Source of the DNA: Anolis carolinensis | Lineage: Eukaryota | Assembly (NCBI RefSeq): GCF_035594765.1 | Contig: NC_085846.1 | Location: 108,239,190 to 108,303,189 of the forward strand | Direction: 5' to 3' | Length of the DNA stretch: 64,000 bases | In this document: piece by piece, positions 48,784 to 61,220 of the stretch | How positions within the stretch are numbered: position 1 is the first letter of the stretch | Layout: every line of letters begins with the position of its first letter | Position numbers and translations under genes: made by a program | Notes under the pieces: generated by a model | Database searches by the model: none | Told to the model about the DNA's origin: nothing | The model's input: the letters and a program-made list of their open reading frames with translations, nothing else

Positions 48784-48975
48784 ATTGTTGTTGTGTGACT
48801 TCAGATTTTTTTCCCCCTCCAACTTATCATGGAGCTTTCTTGGCCAGATTTGATCAGAGGGTGTGTGCCACTGCCTTCTTCTAAGGCTGAGAGAGCATGA
48901 CTTGTTCAAGGTCACCCACCGGGCTTCCATATAGAACAGGGATTCCAACCCTGGTCTCCAAGAATCCCAATCCAA
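48784..48975 (-). mobile_element. CORE-type SINE
   Basis: ggctgagagagcatgacttgttcaaggtcaccca CORE motif; ttgttgttgtgtg tail. Confidence 0.75.
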
Positions 48976-49695
48976 TGTAATCCAAGGTTCGAAGCTTTCC
49001 CATGCCTGATTTAACATCTCCATTTCCAGCCTTCTTTAAAAATAAACCAACTAACCAAATCTTGAGATCCTTTTTTTTTTCTAACTATGCAGATAACAAA
49101 AAGTAACTAACCTAGCAAAATGCCTAAGGAATTCAGTTACTTGTCACACCCACCCTTTCACACTGCAGTGAAGATGTAAAGGCTAAAATTGTCCCACCTG
49201 CTACAAATCAACCAGAATTCCTGAATAGAAATAGCTCTGTTGCACATTTCCCACCAATGAGATTCTCACTTTTTAAAAAGGTGGAGCAGAAGAGTGCTTC
49301 CATATGTGCTGAACATAACCCTAAAACTCAGAGTCCAATACCAAGAGCAATAATCAATGGGTGAATCATCAGATAACTTGCGAACCAAATAGATGATCTC
49401 AGGTGAACCACATCTGTTCAGCTTCTCCCCACCTCAATCAGTCATTTTTGTGGCTTTCAAGTCATGTCCAACTTAAGGAGGTTGGTTCCAGGAATCTATG
49501 CGGATAGCAAAAATGTGGATGTTGGAGTCCCTATTAATAAATAGCGTAGGGCAGAGATGGAGAGAGTGGCAAGGCCAAGCTTCCATATGTGCATTGTTTG
49601 AGCTCCCCAACTCCAGAGAGCAGACTGGAGAGTCACAAGGCAACAGAGAGATTCAAGAGACACATGCTGTTGAGGATCTCTGAAGTGATGGGAGG

Positions 49696-49939
49696 TATTT
49701 ATTTATTTATTTATTTGTTTATTTATTTATTTGCAGCATTTATATTTCGCCCTTCTCACCCTGAAGGGGACTCAGGGCGGATCACATTACATATATAGGC
49801 AAACATTCAATGCCTTTTAACATAGAACAAAGACAAACAAACATAGGCTCCGAGCCAGCCTCGAACTCATGATCTCCTGGTCAGAGAGATTCATTGCAGT
49901 GATTCATTGCAGCTGCTCTCCAGCCTGCGCCACAGCCCG
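49696..49939 (-). mobile_element. Short L2-tailed tRNA SINE
   Basis: Near-identical to 22832-23052. Confidence 0.9.
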
Positions 49940-51461
49940 AGCTAGGGATTTGCGCCAAGCATTAGACTTGGATTCCCACCATTTCACATATTGTTGTGTC
50001 TTTCAGCAGCAGTCTCTCTAGCCTCACAAATATAGCATTTGATGTACTAAGCTACTTGTGTTGTGTACTGTGTTGTGTACAATCCTGTAGTGTGAATCTG
50101 CAATTTCAACAGATGCAACTGGAAAAGAGTTGAAGGTAAACAACAACAACACTTTCATCAGGAGCCTATATGCTTTTCCAAACAGGCAGAGAGGAATGTG
50201 AGGAGAGGTGAAACCATTACCTGGTCAATGTCTATGTCTCAATTAGCTACTAAAAGCTAACAATTGTACCACCCAATCACTGTGTAGAGTTACTCAGAAG
50301 GAAGCATTCTCCCACCTGTATATGCATGAAAAGTTGCACTTCCAAGGAAATCTGCTTCTGAATGTAGCCTTAAAATTAGACTCAAATCCCTGAACATGTT
50401 CTGCCACTTGCATCTTTTTAACTTATTACATCTCTCTATCACTTCAGTTTTTTCAAGATCTTTCACAGCTCTAGGCCTGTATTGGAGGGAAAGATCTCCA
50501 AGGAATAAACCCAAGCGCTAGAAGCAATAAAGCCTAAAGAATTGATTGCCTTCAGGTTTATTCTTTTTATTGGGGAGGATCATTCTCCTGGTCGTGTAAC
50601 GGCTTCATATGTGTTCATTTTCAAGCAGCCCCACATCTTCCTGCAAGGCTGTTAAATAAGCTGGATGCCAGGGGCCAATTGACATCTGTTTTCTCCAGAA
50701 GGGCAAAGATAGCTTACTAGAATCCAGAAAATCTCCCAAAAGAGTGCTATATACTTTCAAGAAAAACAGCAGTCATCTCATCCTTTGCCCTTTCTGTTAT
50801 CCAATCACTTGAGAAGATAAAGTCTAAAGCCAGTCCGAGTCTCAATTCCTTGTTCTCAAATCTTCAACATATTTCTTTTAAAGATCATGGGCTACCGTCA
50901 AGGTTCTCTCTTGCTGCCTCTAACCTGGAAGGAGGCTGTTTGCCTTCTGATTAAACTTTTTTTGGAAATACTGTTGAAATCAGGCATTGCCTTTTTTTTT
51001 TCAATACAAAGGCTTATCTGCATCAAAACCAGGAACTCTTAAATCCTTCCAGGAAAAAAATACTGCAGATTGCTTGATACCTATGTACCACCAGAATTGA
51101 GATTGCATGCAAGTCGGAGACCTTTGACAGAGAAGCCGTGGACAATGGAAGGATATTAAATTCTCTGCTGAAACCTATGCTTGCTCAGCCTTGGTTGTTG
51201 GATTAGGCACTCATTCCTGTGCAGAGTTTCTCCATTTGACCTGGGATCCATGGGTGGACAACTGCTTCAACATGATACATAGCCAGGATGGTTGTTTAAA
51301 GTAGTGCTTTACATAACGTACATTGCAAGGTTGGAACACAACATAGACGTGTCCCTGGGTATAATTTCTTTAACAGGAAATTTAGTTTTAGTGAAGGAAA
51401 TAATATAATAGGGACAGGATTCTGTGCCACAGGAAAGGAGAGCAAAAAACATTTCAAAATA

Positions 51462-51877
51462 CTGTATATACTCGAGTATAAGCCGACCCGAATATAAGCC
51501 AAGGCATCTAATTTTACCACAAAAACTAGGAAACTTATTGATTCGAGTATAAGACGAGGGTGGGAAATGCAGCAGTTACGGGTCAATTTCAAAAATAAAA
51601 TAGATATTAATAAAATTGCATTATTTGACTAAACGACTGAGCAGCAGCAGCAGAGGCATCAGTAGGTTAAATGTTTTTGAATATTTATATAAAACTGTAA
51701 TTTAAGATAATAGACTTTAATAAGATAAGACTGTCCAGCTCTGAATACCTATATACTCAAGTATAAGCTGACCTGAATAGAAGCAGGCCAGGACCCTCAC
51801 TTGAGTATAAGCCGAGGGGAGCTTTTTCAGCCCTAAAAAAGGGCTGAAAAACTATACTTATACTCGAGTATATACAG
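51462..51877. mobile_element. Tc2/pogo-like MITE
   Basis: TIR ctgtatatactcgagtataag / cttatactcgagtatatacag, TA TSD. Confidence 0.93.
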
Positions 51878-51899
51878 TAATCAAAATTTAAAAAGAAAT

Positions 51900-53350
51900 A
51901 AGCAAGTCAGACAAGCTTGCATAAATCAAAACCTTTCAAAGCTTGAAAGCCTGTTCCAAAATGTATGCATTATAATTTGCATTTCATGCATTCTCATAAC
52001 GGGATTCTGGAGACAGCTGCTGGTTGCCTTGCCTGTTGTAGGCAGGCATACATAGCTACGTTAGGAGGGGCTAGAGCAGAATCTCATTCTTACCCAGCTC
52101 AAGATTTTACCCCATTGTTTACTACAAACAAGACTGCTATGACCTCACAATTAAAGTCTGTTTCTCTAACCCTTCTTCACAGTCTTTTAATACAAATGCT
52201 GCTTTAAAAAGCCTTCCGCTAAACAGAGGACAAGGAAGAAAAGAGGGCTGACAGGTATAAAAGGTTTTTGCAAAAATGAGTGTCTCTGTCAGCGGTGTTA
52301 TTGATCCAGGTATGCCTGCATATGGACAGACAGGACGACAGGAACAGCAAGTTGTGGTGAGGGAAAAAATAGCAGAAAGTAAATAAGCTCTATAAATGTG
52401 CCTCTTTTCTGCTTTTTTACTCAAATCACCGACATTCATATGCAGCACAAATAATACTCAAACGTGCTCTTCAGTGCCACGCATACAAATGCTGTCACTC
52501 TTTTTGTAACTGGCAAACCATTGTTGCGTCGGCATCTTTGGGCTTTATTCTTACATGTTCAAAGAGTAGCACAGCTTATCACATTTCTAGCCTTAAGGGG
52601 AACACTCCTCCTGCAAGGCTCTTTAAAGAGGCAATAGCATGCTGTATCAGACCCTCATAATGGAAAATCTTGTAGAGTGGGAAATATATTCTGTGTCTCG
52701 CTTTAAAGAAAATTCTGATATCACAAAGGGTCCTAGGAGTCTATTTATGGCTTGGACATTTCCCACTGTAGCATAACAGCTTTCGGGACAATTAGAATCT
52801 CAAAATTGTACCCCTCAATACAATTGTGTCCTTGCGCCAAAGTCAGAACCCTTAATCCTGATACTGTGAGCTATGGCTATGCAACGGATCATAGTATTGA
52901 GCCGTAAGACTCCTGCACGTCTTCCTGTTTATAGCTATTAGGAATAAATCCAAAGAGCAGACCTATTCAGCGCAGTCTTTCCAAATGAATAACACGGATT
53001 ATTACGATCAGCAGGCATGCTGGCATCAGGTGGATTGAGAGAGCATTCAGTGAGAAATCTGGTAAGCTCAGCTGCCTCCGTGTGCCTGTTTGTGAACTAT
53101 ATTTAACTCTTACTCGGCATTCTGTTCACACTCCCATCAAACGCTGCTCCCTGGATTCCAGCCCCAGGTTGGGGAGCTGAAGGTAGTGCTTCGATGCTCA
53201 TTTAATTAAGTGCTTCACGTCTTAAGAAGGTGATACTGCTGATTAGCGTTCTCTTTCCAAAGCGTTTCGTGAAGGAGAAAAGAAGGTTATTTCCCAGTAA
53301 ACAGTATTTGCTAACTTCATAAGCTCCACTGAGACCTACTGCCAATTGTT
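51900..53350. promoter_or_regulatory. Repeat-free block, candidate conserved non-coding elements
   Basis: No recognisable TE, more CpG retained than in the flanks, homeobox- and Sox-like motifs. Confidence 0.35.
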
Positions 53351-53675
53351 GTAAAAAAGAGAGAGAGAGAGAGAGAGAAAGAAAAAGAATATATAAAAGA
53401 TACTAACCTGTTTTACATCAAGCCATACCATCAATGTGGCCCAGAAAATATACACAAGCAAGCTGTGCAGGTGGAATAAGCTGGAGACCGCAATGTTTGA
53501 ACCTTACTCAATTACTCCCTATTTACTCTTTACTCTCTATGCATGTCCCAGAGCATGTCCTGCATTCCCCTAAATTACATTGTCACCATCAGATGCAATG
53601 AAATAAAATTCAACTGCAAGTCAAGTTTGTTTAGGTTTGATAAATGTAATGGGACACAATCTTGTTTTTCAGCAT

Positions 53676-53960
53676 AGGTAAAAGGTAAAGGTTTTCCCCT
53701 GACGTTAAGTCCAGTTGTGACTGACTCTGGGGGTTGGTGCTCATCTCCATTTCTAAGGCAAAGAGCCGGCATTGTCTGTAGACACCTCCAAGATCATGTG
53801 GCCGGCATGACTGCATGGAGCGCCGTTACCTTCCCGCTGGAGCGGTACCTATTGATCTACTCACATTTGCATGTTTTCGAACTGCTAGGTTGGCAGGAGC
53901 TGGGGCTAACAGCAGGCGCTCATTTCGCTCCCGGGATTTGAACCTGGGACCTTTCAGTCC
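53676..53960 (-). mobile_element. Sauria SINE lacking its 5'-most head
   Basis: Colinear with 60821-61090. Confidence 0.93.
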
Positions 53961-54047
53961 CAAATCTCTTGGATCAGCTATCCCAGTCTAGAACTGGGTC
54001 TCTAGACTCAGGTCTTTCTAGGGTTTTTTTTTTAAAAGTTGTGCCAG

Positions 54048-54179
54048 ATATTGGCACATGTTACTGCTATGAAATAAACTTCATTGAAGGTCAATAAGCA
54101 GGTAGGTCTCTTGTGGATAGCCTACCTGCTTATTGACCTTCAATGAAATTTATTTCAAAGCAGTAACATGTGCCAATAT
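54048..54179. repeat. 59-bp near-perfect inverted repeat (57/59) with 14-nt loop
   Basis: 54048-54106 vs 54121-54179 compared by eye. Confidence 0.95.
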
Positions 54180-54203
54180 GAAGTTTATTTCATTTTTCCC
54201 TTA

Positions 54204-54335
54204 CAGGTTCTCAACCTGTGGTCCCCAGGTGTTTTGGCTTACAACTTCCAGAAATCCCAGCCAGTTTACCAGCTGTTAGGATTTCTGGAACTTGAGAGCC
54301 AAAACATCTGGGGACCCACAGGTTGAGAACTACTG
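54204..54335. mobile_element. hAT palindromic MITE with eroded left end
   Basis: ggttctcaacctgtgg...cccacaggttgagaactactg then ccttagag. Confidence 0.9.
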
Positions 54336-54683
54336 CCTTAGAGCTGTAGAACTGTAGAACTGAGCCCCCTCCCAACAAACTTTACCTAGGCTTATCCCTC
54401 ACATCAAATCCCCATCCTTGGATATATGAAGAAACCTAGTGCTGGGATATTCCCTTTTTCCCCAACAAACCTTATGGAATTAGGCTCCAAAGAGCTATAA
54501 AGGAATCTTCTGCTTATTCAATAGGTTAGGGACCACAGCACTCTCAAAAAGTGGAAATGCTTGAAATGCAGAACTCAGTTTTTTTCCTCTCAAGGCCAAA
54601 TCAGATCATGTATCTGGATGTGTTAGTTTAGTCTACAAAGCAGCAATGGGGCAAGGATGGTTGTGAAGAAACTAATCTAATTG

Positions 54684-55006
54684 CAGTAGAGTCTCACTTA
54701 TCCAACATAAACGGGCCGGCAGAATGTTGGATAAGTGAATATGTTGTATAATAAGGAGAGATTAAGAAAAAGCCTATTAAACATCAAAATAGGTTATGAT
54801 TTTACAAATTAAGCACCAAAACATCATGTTATACAACAAATTTGACAGAAAAAGTAGTTCATTACACATTAATGCTATGTAGTAATTACTGTATTTATGA
54901 ATTTAGCACCAAAATATCATGATATATTGAAAACATTGACTACAAAAATGCATTGGATAATCCAGAATGTTGGATAAGTGAGTGTTGGATAAGTGAGACT
55001 CTACTG
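54684..55006. mobile_element. Tc1/mariner-superfamily MITE
   Basis: Same TIR and body as 38144. Confidence 0.93.
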
Positions 55007-56869
55007 TACTAAACTACGCAGGTGAAGGACAGTCCAATATCAGAAGTGAATCACCAAGTCTTCACGCATTGACCTCATGAAGTTAAAGTTGAAATTTAGA
55101 CTTAAAGCTTTTGGAATGTGGCAGAAAGTTATTACAGGCACAAATACTATATAAGATGAGAGATGCACCATGAAGGACTTCTATACAGGACACAAGATGG
55201 CAGTCAGTCAATTGAAAGAGATAAGCAGTGCATGGTTACAAAAGAGTTGTGCAAACATGACAAAAGACTGGACCACACATTGAACACACAGATGTTGGAT
55301 ATAATTTAAAACAATTGAAAAACAGGGGATCAAAAAATAGGGATGACGGTATAGTACAGAAACAAACGAAATCAGTTTGCACAAGTGTTAATCCATTTCC
55401 CTCTGCTAGGAATGAGAATTGTGCAAGGAGGCTAGCAAGAGAGAAAAGTTAACTCCCTCGGTTGGTTCTCACCTTTCATATTTTAATTACATGTAAACTG
55501 TTTGTAATAAAGACCATAGTGACGATGATTACATTTTGCCTAGAATAGAGTGGACGATCCATCGCTCAATAGTTATACAAATATGAACATGTCTTGGACA
55601 ATCTTCAATGAAGGAGTCTAAGCTGTTGCACATCCCAAAATAGCACACCAAGGCTCTCGACAGTGTATTGACAGAACAAGTAATTAGTGGAATCAGCTCA
55701 GCCTTCCAAAAGATCACTGCGCCAACATCTACACAATGTCATATTTTTGACAGATACTGTTTGCCTCCAGTTTAACCTTAGAAGCAATGCAACCAGCCAT
55801 TCGGGGAGTTTGGCCATACTCAACAACTGGAAGTAATTGCCTAGACAACAGCACTTCAGAAAAATAAGTAGAGGTCATGAGCTTCAGTCAAGAGAACAAT
55901 GTACTGGCATGAAAAAGAAATTAATGTCTTGTGTTATTTTAACAGAAAAAAAATTTCCACAATAAGGTAAATAAGAATGGTCTTTTGGGTCACACCGTAC
56001 CAGGTAATTCTGCTCAGCAAGTCTTGTCAATTCTTTGAAATGAATGGCATCTTTGCCAAACCACCAAGAAAAAGGCAAGGGGAAGGGGGAATATCAAGAC
56101 TAAAATAATCAATGATTTAATTGGTTCAAATGTTCAAATCCTCTTACAGTTAGGGGACCAGGGTTAAAGGACAAATGTTCTTCTTCCCTTGTTGGTTCCT
56201 AAATCTCCCAGTGTTTGGAATGGTAACATGTTATGTTTTCTGTGGTCTGCATATATCATCAACATTTTGTATGTTACGTGCATAATTAAATAAAATGTAT
56301 GGGTTCGGGCTGGAATGCGTGAGAACTATTGCAGATATGAACATGGTACACTGTCATTGATCTATCATGGGTTGAACATCCCCCCATTAGAATTCTGAAT
56401 TTTTTAAATTCCAGACCTAGTTATAATAGCCACCAACAATCAAACATAGCCACAGTTTCCTCAATAGTCTTGGGTTCATGGGGAACTATAAGAGCAATAA
56501 AAGAAAATTTGGTTGTTCAAAGGTTTCTTTATAGGAAGAAAAGTCTTCTTTAAAAGACCTATGTAAGAAGTTCCTTAGGAAATGTCTCCTATTGTCAGGG
56601 TAGAAGATAAATGCAGATGCTGGATCAAATAGAGCATAAGTGATCCACAGTGTCATTCTGCCGCAAGATTTCTCACTGTTTACTCCTGGTAAGCCCTCAT
56701 TTAGTTAGAGGAGATTAGTATTTTATGTATAGTTTGTGGGGTTAGTCTAGATAGCCTCTTCTTCCTTATATTTGAAACTTCCTTCACCCCATCCCTTTAA
56801 GACTCCTCTCATGGGTGATACTGGAAGGTGAAGAGTAAGATAAATTGGAAGAACCATAAAATAGAATGT

Positions 56870-56960
56870 CACATCAAAGCTACGCAAGTCATACAAGTCA
56901 CGTCAAAGTCATACAAGTCAAGCCATACAAGTCATACAAGTTACATCAAAGCCATATAAA
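56870..56960. repeat. Degenerate tandem repeat built from AAGTCATAC / CATCAAAG units
   Basis: Read directly; lies in a possibly LTR-derived block (about 56590-57185). Confidence 0.75.
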
Positions 56961-57714
56961 AGTAAAGACACGAAATAAAGCCACGTTGGAGATATAACAG
57001 ATTGAGATCCAATTAAAACTATTATTAAAGTAACATCCAGTCAGAACTGTGGTTGTGCTTCAAGGACTCTAACTCCCCACACAAGTACTGATAGTAAAAC
57101 TCTTGAGGAGAGAAAGTTTGAAATCTGTTAATATATTGTTGCTTTTATTTCAAATGTGTAGCATTCAATCTGTTCCCTGCATCACATACACCTTCCAAAT
57201 ACACCAAACAAACTTTCCTAGCTTGTGTGTTCTTCCTTATTAATAGCTTTTATCATCTTTACCTACTCTTCTATCACTTGGTCAAAATGTTGTTCTTCTC
57301 ATTGGACAGTAAGTACGTGTGCAATTTGAAAACTGATATCTGAAAGTAGAAGGCTCGGAAACAAATATCCTGACAAAATTAAGATATTGATCTTTTATCA
57401 TCAGCACCCACCCAACACACAAAGAGCTTACATGTCATGTTTGTAGCTTCTAATCCATTTCAAGTTGAAGAGTCTGTTATATGCGTCCTCCTGTCTTTTG
57501 TGTCCACCAAAGCAGATTTCCCACAGAGGATGCCAATGAGTGCTTTTAAAGCATCCATTGTTAAAAACATCCTCTCTAATACCAACAACATGTTTATTTC
57601 TCTGTAATCTCATCAACAGCGGCGCTGTTTAATTACTGAGGGCTCAAAAGCTTCATCTACTCACTCACTCCTGGAATGGAAAACAGGCATGAAAGAAATC
57701 GGAACCAAGGATCA

Positions 57715-58335
57715 CAACCAAAGGGATCTTGTAGCACTTTTGAGACTAACTGAAAGAAATAAGTTGGTAGTATATGTTTCTGACAGATATGGGCTGTGAT
57801 ACAGTCTGGTTAGTAGCCAGCTACAATAAATCACTATGACCAAGAGGTCATGAGTTCGAGGCCAGCCCGTGACGGAGTACCCGACCATTAAAATAAAAAT
57901 AGCCCTGCTAGTTGTTGACCTAAGCAGCCTGAAAGCTGGTTGCATCTATCAAGTAGGAAATTTAGGTACCACTTATGTGAGGAGACTAATTTAACTAATT
58001 TACAACACCATAAAAATCATCCAGCACTATTTGGAATGAGGAAGTATCCAAGGACTCAGTGTTACAGAGGACGATGAAGCAGCTGCTCCCCCTGTGGCCG
58101 GAATCGAGCTCAGGAAGCTGGAAAAGGTTAAATTGCCTTTGTGTCTCTGCATTGTCTCTGTCTCTATGTTCATATGCCACTGAATGTTTGCCATGTATGT
58201 GTACATTGTGATCTGCCCTGAGTCCCCTTCGGGGTCAGAAGGGTGGAATATAAATACTGTAAATCAATAAATCAATAAATCAATAAATAAAATTTCACAG
58301 ATAGACCTGCTTCATCAGATGCATGGAGTGACATG
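57715..58335 (-). mobile_element. Penelope-like (Neptune-type) terminal fragment split by a SINE
   Basis: With the SINE removed, minus strand reads gcatCTGATGAagcaggtctatctgt..GAAAcatatactaccaacttatttctttcagttagtctcaaaagtgctacaagatccctt. Confidence 0.7.
57791..58292 (+). mobile_element. L2-tailed tRNA SINE, long form
   Basis: Colinear with 45322-45787; imperfect TSD tttc(tg)acagata. Confidence 0.9.
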
Positions 58336-58462
58336 CCTAGGAACAGACCTTTATGTGTGAATAGTAATGGAAATACAAAACTTGTGGATTTCATATTTCT
58401 TCATCATCATACCCGTAAAAATAAGGATTATACATGTGCAGATTTCAGCCTTGCTTAGTAAA

Positions 58463-58838
58463 GTCAGCTCTCCATGTTTGTGGATTTGACTTTTGTGGAT
58501 TTAATTGTTCACATATTTGATAAATATGTATCTTCTCCCTAGTTCCTCCACTGTGAATCTATGGCCAAGTTCAATTAGAGGACATAGAGATTCCTAAAGA
58601 GAATGCCATTATAAGACTTTTGGTCCTCCAACACAACTTCCATCAGAAGTTGACCATGGAGTTGCATTGGAAGATCTAGAAATCTAGAAAGATCTAGAAG
58701 ATCTAGAAACTGGAAGATCTAGACATTTATTTAAAAAGTTTTCTCAGCTAAAAAATAGCATTTTATTTAATTCACGATTTTCCCACTTTCATAGTGGTCC
58801 GGTGCCCCTAACTGCAGTTAAAGTGGAAAGCTGACTGT
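58463..58838. mobile_element. Old Tigger-like MITE
   Basis: TIR agtcagctctcca / tggaaagctgactg followed by TA. Confidence 0.7.
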
Positions 58839-59567
58839 ATGTGGCTTGGATCATGCATCAACAAGTAAAGATCCTCTGTGTGTGAGAGAGAATCTTGGCT
58901 CTCAAAAAACAGTCATCCAAATGAATTTACGTGTATTATGTAAACCCTTAAATTGGTGGACAATTTAGCGACAGTGCCTTCTGTGGATTTAAGATTCCAA
59001 CATACAGAAATGCTTGTTTTCATGTATCTTGTGCTTACCAGTTGGGCTCCAAATGTAGCATTCTGTTTGATGCATCTAGAAATAAGATAAACATGGTATA
59101 TGAGTCATATGTTCATGAATCATGCATTTATCTCCATCTCGTTGCTCTCACTTCTTCAGCCATTTCTTTTTTTTGAAGAATTCTGAACATATGGAACCTG
59201 AAGTTCCACCAAAGGGAAAGTATGTGTTTCTTTAAAAGTCTGCCAACAAATGCAGATAAAAACATCAATAATGGAAAGCTCTCAGCCAATTAGAGTTTGC
59301 ATACAGTTTCCTGACAGAATCAGAAATTGGCCAAAATGCATATAGTAGCTATATTTGGGTAACCATTGCCATTGGCAACACTATCGAGCATTGCTCATCA
59401 TTACGGATTGCTGGGTGCTCCCTTCTCCATATTCACTTGCTCAAAGTCATTTCTCCCCCATTTATGTTGTGACCCAAGCTGCTGGCATCTCCCACAGGAT
59501 ACGAGCATTATGTGCTGGGTATAATTAATGGGTTCCTTTTTAGTCCTAGAAGAAGATAGCAGCCTTA

Positions 59568-59720
59568 ATTATTATTATTTTTAACTTTATTTATATCTCA
59601 CTTCCCACCCAAAACCACAACTCAAGGCAGCTTGCAAATTAAAATACAATGCAGTTATAGAAAAGAGTGGCATTGGAATGAAATGAAATTTTAAAAACAA
59701 ATTAAAACACATAAATGATA
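59568..59720 (-). mobile_element. Old L2-type 3' tail
   Basis: ttattattattttt...ctcaaggcagcttgca. Confidence 0.5.
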
Positions 59721-59805
59721 AAAAGCAGTTTTTGAAAAAGCACAAAAGAAGCCATAAAAACAATGCAGCTCTCTTGACACCACATTTAACAACTAAGATC
59801 CAACG

Positions 59806-60116
59806 TTATGCAATAATGGGAGTTGTAGTTTTACATGGTCTGCCAAAGAGTGCTGGTACCTCACCAAACAACAAGTCCCATAATTCCATAGCACCAGATA
59901 AAGTGGTGTGAAACTGCACTAACTCTACAATGTAGATCAGGAATAAGTAAACTTCAGCCCTCCAGGTGCTTTGGACTTCAGCTACCACAATTCCTAACAG
60001 CCTCAGGCTTAAGTGGCTTGAGGGGGGGAAGGAAAGGGCCTGGGGCTATTAGGAATTGTGGGAGTTGAAGTCCAAAACACCTGGAGGGCTGAAGTTTGCC
60101 CATGCCTGGTGCACCC
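59806..60116. mobile_element. Harbinger-like MITE with a hAT MITE inserted in its right TIR
   Basis: ctacaatgtagat[hAT]gtgcaccc. Confidence 0.75.
59938..60108. mobile_element. hAT palindromic MITE (long-loop variant)
   Basis: aaacttcagccctccaggtg / cacctggagggctgaagtttgcccatgcctg. Confidence 0.88.
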
Positions 60117-60245
60117 AAAGTCCCACCACAATGAAGCAGAGGATACTATTGATTGATAGCCAACTCTTGGTCTGGCAGGATCAACAGGGAAGTATTCCAG
60201 TAAAGATTGTCAATCACATTGTTTCTTTCCAAGCCTGAAACCAAG

Positions 60246-61220
60246 ATAGAATCATAGAGTTGGAAGATACCTCATAGGCCATCCAGTCCAACTCTCTGCC
60301 AAGATGCAGGAAATCGCATTCAAAGCACTCACAACAGATGGCCATCCAGCCTCTGCTTAAAAATCTCCAAAGAAGGAGCCTCCACAACAGTCCGGGGGAG
60401 AGAGTTCCACTGCCGAACAGCTCTCACTCACAGTGAGAAAGTTCTTCCTAATGTTCAGGTGGAATCTCCTGTAGTTTGAAGCCATTGTTCCATGTCCTAG
60501 TATCCAGGGCAGCAGAAAACAAGCTTGCTCCCTCCTCCCTATGACTTCCTCTCACATCTTTATGCATGGCTATCTTAGCCTTCTCTTCTGCAGACTAAAC
60601 ATGAACATGCCCAGCTCTTTAAGCCGCTCCTCATAGGGCTTGTTCTCCAGACCCTTGATCATTTTAGTCGCCCTCCTCTGGACACATTCCAGCTTGTCAA
60701 CATCTCCTTTCAATTGCGGTGCCTGGAACTGGACACAGTGTGATTCCAGGTGTGATCTGACCAAGGCAGAATAGAGGGGGAGCATGACTTCCCTGGATCT
60801 AGACACTAGACTCCTATTTAGTAAAGGTAAAGGTTTTCCCCTGACGTTAAGTCCAGTCATGTCTGACTCTGGGGGTTGGTACTCATCTCCATTTCTAAGC
60901 CGAAGAGCCGGCGTGACCTCCAAGGTCATGTGGCTGGCATGACTGCATGGAGCACCATTACCTTCTCGCCAGAGCAGTACCTATTGATCTACTCACATTG
61001 GCATATTTTTGAACTGCTAGGTTGGCAGAAGCTGGAGCTAACAGCGGGCGCTCACTCAGCTCCCGGGATTTGAACCTGCGACCTTTCGGTCTGCAAGTTC
61101 AGCAGCTCAGCGCTTTAACACACTTCGCCACCGGGGCTCCTAGACTCCTATTTACGCAGACCAAAATTCCATTGGCTTTTTTAGCTGCCGCATCACATTG
61201 CTGGCTCATGTTTAGCTTGT
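60246..61220 (-). mobile_element. CR1 LINE 3' fragment interrupted by a Sauria SINE
   Basis: ORF2 C-terminal peptide [20 protein letters not shown]...[25 protein letters not shown]; (ATTCTATG)-like tail. Confidence 0.92.
60821..61140 (-). mobile_element. Sauria SINE
   Basis: 14-bp TSD tagactcctattta (60807-60820 and 61141-61154). Confidence 0.96.
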
